64,000 bases of DNA, from the NCBI GenBank assembly GCA_002104945.1, contig MCFH01000015.1:372001-436000 (forward strand), read 5' to 3'. A program made the translations under genes and the position numbers. The notes below the pieces were generated by a model, which was given only the letters and a program-made list of their open reading frames with translations, had not been told where the DNA came from and searched no databases. Origin of the DNA: Piromyces finnis finn (taxonomy: Eukaryota > Fungi > Neocallimastigomycota). This document shows, piece by piece, positions 41,983 to 53,926 of the stretch (position 1 is its first letter; each line of letters starts with the position of its first letter).

Positions 41983-42276
41983 AGCGGATAATACTTTTAA
42001 AAATAAAATAAAATAAAATAAAATGGAAAACTAAAAAAAAAACTTACAATAAAAGTAATTTTGTATTATTGTAATAAGAATAAAAGCTTTACATTAATAT
42101 TATTTTAAATATTTATTTTTTTATAATTAAAAATATAATATGAGAAACTATAAGCTTATTACTTATATGGAAAAAAAAAAAAGATTAAAATTGGATAATT
42201 TCTAATAAACCTAGTCACTTAGCAATTTCTAGCCTGAATTATTTTTGGTTAGTAGCGGAAATACAGTACAAGCGGA
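41983..42276. promoter_or_regulatory. Three AGCGGA motifs in the divergent TF/LRR intergenic region (candidate CGG half-sites)
   Basis: AGCGGA occurs at 41983-41988, 42254-42259 and 42271-42276 in very AT-rich DNA. Confidence 0.35.
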
Positions 42277-43726
42277 CTATAGTTCCACAGCTAAGTCATA
42301 ATAAAAATAAATATCAAATTTTATTAAATATTATAAGTATAAATAAAGATGGTTGAGCTTTTTCCGAAGTTTAATAAAACTCAACAACGATAAAAACAAT
42401 ACCACAGAATAAAAAAGGATAATTAGGAAAATATAATTATATAATTATATTCAATTTGAACTAAATTTCTATTTAAATGAAAAGAATTTATTAAAAAAAA
42501 TAATTAAATTAAAAATAAATGATGTAATATTAAGTTGTTTTTTTTTTTTTTTTTTCCACTTTACGTATATATAATAATTTATTCTATGCTTTTTTCACTA
42601 TATTTATAATAATATAAATTACTTTCAAACAAACAAAAAAAAACTATACATTATTAAAATGAATTCATTTTTTCATTATGAAAAAATATATATAAATGTA
42701 ATATTAACATATGATAATTATAAACAATAATTAAATAGTCTTAATATTTTTATATAATATTTAGTTTATTCACATTGATTAAAATTATATATTTGCTTTT
42801 TATTGCTAATTATTTTTAGGAATAAAAATTTATTATTTAAAATTGGACTTTATTAAAATTTCAAACAATGAGAATATTGTTCCTTTATACATTATGGATT
42901 TCAGGGTATTTATCATAAATTAATATATTTTATTAATACATCTATTCCTGTGGGACTTTGAATATACAAACTATTTATACGTAATATTTATAAGATTTTA
43001 TTACAGTTTATCAACATTTTCATTGATTGATTCATTATATGAGTATAAACAATAATATAAAGTGTATTTTATGAAAATTTATTATTCCTGTGAAATCTTT
43101 TTACAAATATTTTAATATTTTTCAGTACTTTGAAATATTTCTTTATAAATATTATAGTAAAGATTTGGATAAATAAATAATGTAAACATTAAAAATTAAA
43201 GGTTAAAAAATATGTAAAGATTTAATTCTTCTTTAAGAATCAAACATATATTTTAGTATTTTTATATAAAATATTGTATAATCAAAAAAGAACATAAAAA
43301 TGTTTATATTTTTATAAGATAGTATAAAGTACTATGTACAATTTTTAATAATGTATTAATAATATTAATAAAATTGAAATGTTAATTTTAAACATTTAAT
43401 CCACCCAACTATTATAGTCTACAATAAAATAATTATTTAGTTATTCTTTTAAATTTTAAAAATATTCTAATTCATAAATAAAATTTAGACATTTGATTGG
43501 TTAAAGAAATTTTAATTTTTTTTTTAAATTTTTTGGAAGGTTTGTAAAAGAGTTTTAGGTACACAATATTTCATTTATGAATGTTTAAATGAAGTAATAT
43601 ATTTAGTATTTTATTAATTTTGTTTAAATTTTAAATTTATCCAGTAACACGTTATAGACTATAAAACATTGTAAATAAAGAATAATTAAATAAAGAAAAA
43701 TAGATAATATATAGTGTTAAAATAAA

Positions 43727-44150
43727 ATGAAATTAACTCCAGCTATTTTATCCTCTTGGAATCCAGAGAAACCACTCTCAGAATTAATTTTTGCTAAATG
43801 TAATAATAAACAAATTACACATGTTGATGATATTTCATCATGTGTTTCACTACATAAATTAGATTTATCAAACAATGAAATTAAAAAAACAGGTGCTCTT
43901 AGTGGTCTTCGTTATTGTTCAGAATTAACATGGTTAAATCTTCAAAATAATCAGTTAGATGTATGTCCACCATTCGACTACCAAGATAAAGATGGCCTTG
44001 GTAAAATGGATAAATTATTAGGTATTTATATTTTAACTTTAGTAAAATAAAGGAGACGATATATAAATGATATATTATTTTTTGTCTATTTTAAAAAATT
44101 AAATTTTAAAATATAATTTTATATTAATTTTTAATGTTTTGATATTATTC

Positions 44151-44229
<79 letters not shown>

Positions 44230-46132
44230 TGCTAAATACAATAATCCTTGAATAAAGTTTTAAATTTAAATTTGAATCAAGTTGAAAGAATTACACCATA
44301 TTTATATAAATTAAAAGAATTAAAAGCATTAATCTTGGGTCACAATAAAATTTCAAAAATTGAAAATTTGGAATCACTCATCAATTTAAATACTCTTGGT
44401 AAGTTATTGATATCCTTATTTACAATAATTAATAAAATGATAATATTTTATAAATTTAAAAATTAAAATATTAATAATCTTTATAAAAAATATTATATAT
44501 ATTAAAATAATTATATGTCAATATTAATAAAATAGTATTATCATATAATAAGATTGAAGAAGTTTCAAATTTAACATGTTTAAAAAGCTTAACAAAATTA
44601 TCAATTGCACACAATAAAATAAGAGTATTCCCAGATTTAAGAATGAATACTGAACTCAAAGAATTACGTTTAAATAATAACAGACTTTTAGGTGTACCAG
44701 AATATGTTAAATTTTTACCAAAATTAGAAATTTTAGATTTAGGTAACAACTTCTTAAAAGAATTTAGGTAATTATTTTTTATCTGAATATATGTATATTT
44801 TAAATAATATAAATTTCATTAATTAAATATGATAATTAATTTTATTTTATTAAATATTCTATAAATAGTGACATAGAAAATCTTAAATCACTTTTCCATT
44901 TGAATAACTTAAATTTAAAGGGTAATCCAGTAACAAAACTTGAAAATTACAAAGAAAAGGTATTTTTTGGATTTTATTTTAAAATTATATATATATAAAA
45001 TAGTTTTTTATGCTAACGTATTTATAATTATTTTTATTAAAATTATATAATCATCATTAAAATAATAATAATAAAGATTTTAGATTTGATACCATCATTA
45101 AAGGTTTTAGATGGTGAACGTTTTGATAAGAAATTTTTAGAAAGACGTGAAAAGAGAAAAATTTTCATTGAACATAAAAAGAAGAAGGAAATTGCTAAAA
45201 AATTAGGTTTAGGTAAAAAGAAATCAAAGAAGAACAAGAAAAATGAAGAAAATAAAGAAGAAAACAATGACAATGATAGTAAAGATACTAAATCTAAATT
45301 TACAAAGAAATCAACAAAAAAAATTAATAAATCCGAGGAAACAGAAGATAATGATGATAATGAAGTTGAAAAACCAATTAAGAATAATAAAAAAGCTGAA
45401 AATGATGATGTTAATGAAAATGATGTAAAAAAGACTAAGAAGACCAGTAAAAGAATAAATTCATCAGAAGAAGGTTCTAAAAAGCCAAATTCATTAAAGA
45501 TTAATAAGAATTCTAAAATAATAAAAAAAGACAATCAATTAAAGGATGAAAGACCATATAGAAAAACAGGAAGAAGTAATGGATATTTCGATTATATTAA
45601 TGAACAAAATAGAATTAGTAAAGAACAAGAAGAATCTATTGGTAATACTAAGCGTAAAGTAGCTATTAAGGAGGATGACTTCTTTGTAGAAAAGAAGACA
45701 ACTACTAAAACAAAATCAAAGAAATTAGCCAATAAGGACGAAAGTAATAAGAAGAAGCGTAAGTCTTCTGAAATTGAAAGCAAGAACGAATCTGATGGTA
45801 CTATTGCTTCTTCAGAAAAGGCAGTTAAGATACCAAAATTAGAAAGTAAACCAAAATTAATTGATGAAGAAGCCGAAATGAAGAATAGATCTGGTGTAGT
45901 AGAAGTCATTTCTAATGTTAATACCAAGGGTAAGGCTGGTAAAGGAAAGAAAGGAAAAACAACTTCAAATGGTAAAGTATTGGTTACTCAATTTAATCCA
46001 GGTTTATGGTCAGCTAAGAAATCAGATAAAGTTAACATTGTTAAAGCTGATGAAACCACTCAAGAATCAGACAATAAAACAGAAGCTAAACAAAGTATAT
46101 GGGGATCTAATATTATTTCAGGATGGGATTAG
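43727..46132 (+). CDS. Leucine-rich-repeat (SDS22-like LRR) protein with a long Lys/Glu-rich tail
   Basis: LRRs include LHKLDLSNNEI, LTWLNLQNNQL, LKALILGHNKISKIENLESLINLNTL and LEILDLGNNFL. An LRR cap follows (NLNLKGNPVTKLENYKEK...LIPSLKVLDGERF). The tail ends WGSNIISGWD* at TAG 46130-46132. Confidence 0.85.
44153..44203. repeat. (TTA)n microsatellite in an LRR-gene intron
   Basis: Tandem tta run followed by (TTTA)n. Confidence 0.85.
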
Positions 46133-46625
46133 AATAAAAGAAATAAAAAATCAATTTATTTTATATATATATATTATTTATTCCTCACCTTATTAAGTTT
46201 TTTTATTTTTTTTACGTTTAATTATATCTTGTATTTAAAAAAAAATATAATATTAAAAAAAAAGAAAAAAAGAATTTTTTTATTTATTATCTACATATAT
46301 ATATTGATTTTTTAGTACTTTTTTTTTTTAATTTATTTACATTATAAAAATTAAATATTACTATTATAGAATATATGAATAAAGCAAACAAATATTAAAA
46401 AATAAACCTTTTTGTTATTATTATTATTATATTTAAATGAATAATTTTGATGAACTAGTAATTGAAAAAAAAAAAAAAAGGAAAAATATTTAAAAAGAAA
46501 ATTAAAATGATTTATTATTATATAATGATTAATTTATTATAGATTATTATTTTTTTTTTATTTTTTTTTTTTTATTTTTTTTTAAATATATTTGCAAATG
46601 ACTATTAATTATTTTATATAATAAT

Positions 46626-46659
<34 letters not shown>

Positions 46660-46750
46660 ATAATTATTTATTATTTATTTTTTCATTAATTATAGATTAG
46701 AAATTAAATAGTAGTTTATTGGTAGGTAGGGGTAGCAATGATTTTTAAAT

Positions 46751-49700
46751 TTAGCTAAGATCGTTTAATATTGAGGAAATCATTGGATCATCAAAGAATT
46801 TTTCAATTGCAACATCTTCACTTAAACCCTTTTTATATTAATAAAATAAATATATATAGGTATTAATATTTGGTTTTTTTTTTTTTTAACGCATAAATAA
46901 ATACTATATTCTTATTCTATAATTACCTTTCTTCTTCTGGTTTTAACCATGAAATCACGAGCTAAATGACTTTCTGGGGATGGTTCTAATGGACGTAAAA
47001 CAATTGATTTATCTAATGGATCACCTGGAACCATTTGCCAGTGATCAAATATTTGTTGACAGAAGGCTTGACCTTGAGTATAAATACGAAGATCAGTTTC
47101 AAAACCTGGAGAATCAATTGCTGGTAAGTATGCCTTTACAGTATATAATGGGGAACCTGGTTTTGGTATATCTTCAACAACATGACCTCTTCTTCTGGCT
47201 AAAACGGTATAAACAGATGAAACACAATCTGCTGGTGATTGAATTTCAACAAAGTAAACTGGTTCCATTAAACGTGGAGTTGCCTAATACAAAATAATAA
47301 TTATAATAATGGTTATATATTTATAGTAAAATATTTATAAATATTAATTTGGTTTTAATAAATATATTAATATGAAAAGAATTTAATTTCTTTTTAATTA
47401 ACTAAAATATATATATATATATATATATTACCATTAAAAAGGCAGAATATGATACACGACGAGCAGTTGGAATAATTTGACCACCACCACGGTAAAGTGG
47501 TTCTTGGGCTAAAGTGGTATCTAATAATCTGAATTTGACATTACGAATAGCTTCATCACAAAGTGGTCCTTCACGTGCTCCCCATTGGAAACCTTGAACA
47601 ATAGAATCCTTTACGGAGTATAATAATTTTTTATCTGTTTCAGATGGTAAGGTATCATTAATTAAAACATTTGGTCCATTATCGTCTGGACCGAAAGCCC
47701 ATATATTTCTTGAAGCTAATACATCCCAATCATAATTATTTACAAAGTGGTCGCTCAATTTCTTGGCTGGCCATTTAATATTAATCTTTAAGTTTTCAAT
47801 ATCATCAGCAACATCTTTTTCAAGTGGTTCTGCTATCATAGTTAATTTATTCCTTTGGTTTTGTTAAAAAAAAATAAATATAAATTTAGAATATTAATAT
47901 TAATGTTGATTATTAAAAAATGAATATGATATTTAAATGGATTGTAATTTTTCATAAATTAATATGAAAAAAAATTTAATCGCAATATCATTTTTATCTG
48001 GAAAAAAAAAAAAAGTTTTTTTTTAAAAAAATTTATAATAGATTTATAAAATGTGAAATATAATTTACTTTTTGTTTGGAGTTTCAGCATAACACTTAAT
48101 AGAAGAAGTTTCGACAACAGTTTCACAGAATTTTACTACTGGATCAGCAACCTTAATATCAATTTCAGAGTATAATTTTCTTAAATCATGTAATGCACAA
48201 TCAAGGAAAAGTTCACCAGTACCTAATATAATATGTTCACCAGATTCTTCAACCTTTGTTGTAGTAATTGGATAACTCTTATTAATTTTTCTTAAACCTT
48301 CTAACATCTTTGGTAATTCAGTTGGATTAACTGGTTCAACAGCAATCTTTAAAATTGGTTCAGTATCAAAACGAAGTGGTCTGAAAATGTATGGACTATT
48401 TTCTTCGTCTTCTGAACTTGATGCTATATTGGTAATTGTAGCAGTTTTCATAATAGATTGATCAATTCCACCTAATAATACCCAATTACCAGCTATAACT
48501 GAATCAACCTTAATTTTATATCTAATTTATATTTTAATAAATTATAAATTTGATGAGGATTCTTGAAATAAAATATTTAACTTTATATTCTCCTTCCTAT
48601 GTTTACCTTGATTCATATATCCAAACATCTTTTATTTCTTTTATTGTCATATCTTCTTCATCATCCAATGAATACTTTTCACCAAGAATTCTTACTCTTT
48701 GACCAACACTAACTCTACCACTCATAATTCTACCAAATACATCAAATCCGGTATAGTTCTCTGAGTTATATAATTTTACTATTTGAATCATTAATGGACC
48801 ATTTGGATCACATTCCTTCATACTTTCAGCTATAGGAGAATCCATTGGACCAGTGTATGTATGTTCAATCTAACAATAAAAAAAATTAAAGCATTATTTA
48901 TAAATTATTAATATTTATTTTCATTTTTTAATATATTTTTTAAAAATCAAATTTTAAATGTTAGTATAATACGATAAAATAACTACCTTATTTTTAGCAT
49001 TTTCAATTGGTGATGGAATCTTTTTAATACACATATCTGTGAAACCAGTAGCAATACCAAAGAATTTTTGACATACTAAACGTAATAATGGTTTAACATC
49101 TAACTTATATTCAGAAGCTTTAAGATAAATACCTAATGAGGCTAAAGTGTGCTTAAGGGTATCTTCATCTTCACCAATAATCTAAATCAAACCAATTATC
49201 ACATAAAAAATACATATATATTTTAAATTGATTAATGAAAATGGAAATATAACTAATAAATATTTTTTTATATATCATTTTGTTTTGAATAATCACTTGT
49301 GCATAGAGCTTATATAATGGTTCTAAAATAAAGTGTACAAAACCACGTTGAGATTTTGAACTCTTTGGCTTGCGACTGAATTTTCTGGTATCTGGATTAT
49401 AATAAATATCACCCCAGAGACGTTGTACAAACTTATCAACATCAATACCTCCATACATATCACTGTACATTTGGGCAAATGTATCGAGAGTGAAACACCA
49501 TCTCATTTCAGCTGATGAAAAAGCTACATTACCCTTTTCTGGTGAAACTCTGTTATCTTCATTATATTCACTAATTTTTTTAAAAAAAAAAATAAAGATT
49601 ATTATTATTATTATATTAAATTAAGTATATTTTTTATAATTTCATTAAATATTAATTTTGTTTTTCCTTTACCATAAAATAGAATTAACTTCTTCAATAG

Positions 49701-51456
49701 TATGTTTGAGTTTGAAATAAGCATCGGTTGGTGGAAGCTTCAATTCAACAATTAATCTATCAAATTTACTAATAACTAAAGTAATAGCAAGCTTTTCTCT
49801 ACAAGCATGTCTAATTAATCTTTCAGTTTGTGACATAACCTAATTATTTATTTAAAATAAAATAATATATTATTTAATAAATAATTTTTCCTTTATTTTA
49901 AAAAATAGTATTGCTAATAAATTATGAAAAATAATAATTTTTATGTCCTATCCTACTCCTTCGACGGCATCAACTACAATAACAACACCATCAGCAACTC
50001 TTAAAGCAGCAGTAACTTCATCAGAGAAATTTGCATGGCCTTCATTAAATTTTTGTAGTAATAAAGTTAAAGCATTAATATTCAATATTTTCTCAAGTAT
50101 TTAAATATTCCCAGTCAAATAAAATAAAATATATAAACTAAATAAAACATTACCTGGAGTATCGTATAAATTAATTAAGTAAGACTTATCCTTTGAATCT
50201 TGTAATAATAATGACATTGGCATACTCTTAATACTTAAACCACGTTGTCTTTCTAAAATATGAATATCGGTGTATCTTTGCTATTTTGAGTAATAATTCG
50301 CCAATATATTATAAAATTATTTTTGCATATAAATGGTTTAAATAATACAATAATAATTAATTTCGAATGATTATTAAGTTGAAAGAAATTTCTATTTCAA
50401 AATAATTTTTTTTTAATTACATCTTTTTCTAATTCCCAACTTAAGTTATGAGTTTGAGAAACAAGCATATCTACAAAAGTAGTTTTACCATGGTGTAAAT
50501 TACCAATCAATGCAACATTTCTAACCATACTTGGATGATCAGTCATATCAATTAAATATCTAAATTGATGATAGTTTCATATACATTATATTACAATTAA
50601 TTTATTAATTTATATATAAATTAAATTTATATTTTAATCTATAATAAATTGAACAAAATTCAATTACTGTTTGCTATAATTAGTTTGTGGTAAATTCTTT
50701 TCTTGAATTTGGAATTTCTTTGCTCTTATTGGAGCAATAATTGGTTCAGATAATGGTTGAGTATCTTCTTCTTGAACTAAATTTTCAACATCTTTACCAT
50801 ATACTTCTTCAGCACTTGGATAATATGATTTGTCTTCGTGTAATACAACTTCCATTGAAGGATTTTCTTTAATTTTAAATGAAATTTTATATTGAAAATA
50901 GTAATAGTTGTGTGAAATTAATTTTTATTTATATTTTTGAATTTTTAAATGACATTGTATATTTTGATTTTGGAAATGATATTTTTTTTCGTTATTGTTG
51001 TTAATAAAAGCATGTTTATTCATCGATTGATAATATTATTTTTAAAATTAATAATTCAACAAATAAAAAAAATTTAATAAATTTTTTTATTAATAAATTC
51101 AAAGTTATTTCTTTTTTTAAAAAAAAAAAGTTTTGTATCATTTATTTCAATAAATAAAAAAAGTGTATTCTTTACTAATAATAAAATTTAAAATGAAAAA
51201 TGAAAAAAAAAATAAAAAATATTTAAAATATACCATCAACTTTAATTAATTGCATTCCATCTAATCCTTCACCCATTTGTACATCATCTGTATCCATTTC
51301 ATTTTCATCTTTTTCTTCATCTTCCTCATCTTGATCTTTTTCTTCTGCTATTTCTGGTTGTGGAATATTTTGAGTTTCTTCTTCATAATCTGATTCTTCA
51401 TCGGATAATTCGGGACCAATGTAATTACCAAATTCATCATATTGTGAAAAATCCAT
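46751..51456 (-). CDS. SNU114: U5 snRNP 116-kDa GTPase (Snu114/EFTUD2)
   Basis: Starts [17 protein letters not shown]. Contains [20 protein letters not shown]1 GNLHHGKT, G3 [51 protein letters not shown] and [13 protein letters not shown]. Ends [25 protein letters not shown] with stop at 46751-46753. Confidence 0.96.
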
Positions 51457-52053
51457 TTTGATTTTATATACTTTTTCCTTTTTTAAAACCTCGTTAATTA
51501 CAATTCCAATGTATTATTTATGATGTTTTAATTAATTAAAAAATTATTGTTAAAATTGACAAACTATTTATTTCAATTGAAATGTGTATAAATTTAAATT
51601 TTTTTTTTTTTTGTTTTTCACTATATTTGATATTTGTTTTGTTATAATTATATTTTGTTATCTTTTATATTATTAATGATAAATATTAATATTAAAATAA
51701 AAGAAGGTCTAATGTAAAACAAAAAAAAAAAAAAAATAAATGATGTTAATATTACAATAAAAAAAATTGAAATAAATTTTTTTATTATTTAACCAAAAAA
51801 GTAATTTTTTTTATTTTATTTTATTGGTAAAATTAATATAAAAAGGTAAAATTAAAAAACTTTGAAAAATATTTAATTTAAAAAAAGAGATAAACTTTAT
51901 ATATTAATAGTATAATCAATATAAATGAATAATATATTATCAATTTATTTCTATAAAATATGATTGGCTGATACTATAATTTATTAAATGTATTTTACAT
52001 ACCAAAAATTATATGAAAATTTTTTTAAAATAAAAAAAAGGTTGATGAAAGCT

Positions 52054-52190
52054 AACTGCTAATAGCTCATTAAATCAGCCATAGTTCATTTGATAGTACC
52101 ATTACTACTTGGATAACCGTGGTAATTCTAGATCTAATATATACATAAAAATCTGACTTCTGGAAATGGAAATGTTATATTTATTAGGAT
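52054..52190 (+). pseudogene. Degenerate 18S rRNA gene fragment (5' region of SSU rDNA)
   Basis: AACTGCTAATAGCTCATTAAATCAGCCATAGTTCATTTGATAGTACCATTACTACTTGGATAACCGTGGTAATTCTAGATCTAAT... follows the conserved SSU stretch AACTGCGAATGGCTCATTAAATCAGTTAT...GGATAACCGTGGTAATTCTAGAGCTAATAC with scattered substitutions. The rest of an rDNA unit is absent. Confidence 0.85.
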
Positions 52191-53002
52191 AGGAAGAAAA
52201 ATATTTTTTATCGTTATAAAATAAAAAATTTGCTTTTTTCCAACAAGAATTAAAATGATTTTTAATATTGAAAGGAATTATTTTATTTAAAAAAAAAAAA
52301 AAAAAAGTGGGAAAAGATGAGAGAATATATATATTTTTTTTTAATTATATTTTATATAGTTTATTAGGAAAAAAAAGTATTTTTATATATAATATTATTT
52401 TATATTATTTTACAAAAGTGTATTGTAAAAAAAAAAAAAAAAAAGGAAGAAAAAAGAAAATTAAGGTAAAAAAAAAAAAACTTTAAAGTATTTCTTTCTT
52501 TTTTTCTTTCTCTTTTTTTTTTTATTTGTATGCATGTCCATATAATAGAATTATTAATATTAATATTGTTACTGAATTAAAAAAAATTATAATATAATCT
52601 TTATTTAAATAATTATATTATAATTCTATATATAAAAATTATTGAAATATTTTATATATAATTGAAAAATACTGTTATGTAAAAAGAAACTACAAAAAAA
52701 AAAATTATATATATATATATATACTTTTTTTATAATATTATTTAGTATATTATAAAATAATATTTCAAAAATTTGGTATTGTCATTGATCGATGTATTAT
52801 TATTATTTAAATTAATTTTTTAAAGATATTATAGATTAGTATTTTTTTAAAAAAGAAAGCTTTTTTTTTTTTTTTTTTTTTTTCATTATATATATTATTT
52901 TGTTCATATAAAAGATTTTGTATAATTAAGTTAATACGGATAGCTTATATACTTTTTTAGATTTTTTGATAAAATACTATATATTGATTATATTTTATTT
53001 TT

Positions 53003-53889
53003 TTATTTTTCTAATTTTGTTTCTTCTTCTTCATCTTCAAAACAGAATTTATCAGGAACCTTTATATTATCATGAATTAATAATATGTATAAATAGAAAT
53101 TATATTAATATTATTTTATTTATTTCATCAATATAATAAAAATCCTTATGAAATTTCAATTTACCATTAAGAAATATCTGGCCATTGATTCTCTAAATCT
53201 ATTCTTGTATTGAACTGGTGAAATAATGGTTGGATCTTTACCACCTCCACCAAGAATACCTGTTTCTTTTACCCAACTTTCAAGTTTTTTATCCCAAGTA
53301 AATGTTCTTATATAATCTATTATTAAGTAATTATTATTACAAAAGATAAAAGAATTAATAACCTTTGTTTATTAATTATTATTATTTATTATAATATAAA
53401 TATACGCTTTTTTTTTAACCCATTAATGAAACAAAATAAATTACTTACCAACAATTCCTGTAATTAACTCTTGAGTTTCATTATCAACACCAACAACTAA
53501 AGAATAATCCATAACATTAAGTTGTGATAAGAATGAAGTATCTTTCCATACAGAAGTAAATAATAAATTCTTGGAATATTCTCTAATATATAAAGGTTGT
53601 TCGTTGATTACTAAATAAAAAAAGAAATTATTTAAAAATTAAAATGATTATTATAAATATTGAAAATGAATGATGAATTATAATATGCATATATATAGTC
53701 TTTAATACTAAATTAATTTACATTCTAATAAGTTTTCATCTAATAAAACTTCATTTTCCTTTCCGGTAGATTGTGCATGTCTATTTCTAGTAGAACCCTT
53801 TAAATCAAAAATCTAATTTATATAAATTTAATATACCATACTATATTGTTAGTATCATTAATTTATAAATAAATATAATATATATAATA

Positions 53890-53926
<37 letters not shown>

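Noticed and set aside
42241-42248. Sm-site-like ATTTTTGG within a weak hairpin
   Set aside because: No U1, U2, U4, U5, U11 or U12 signature sequence nearby.
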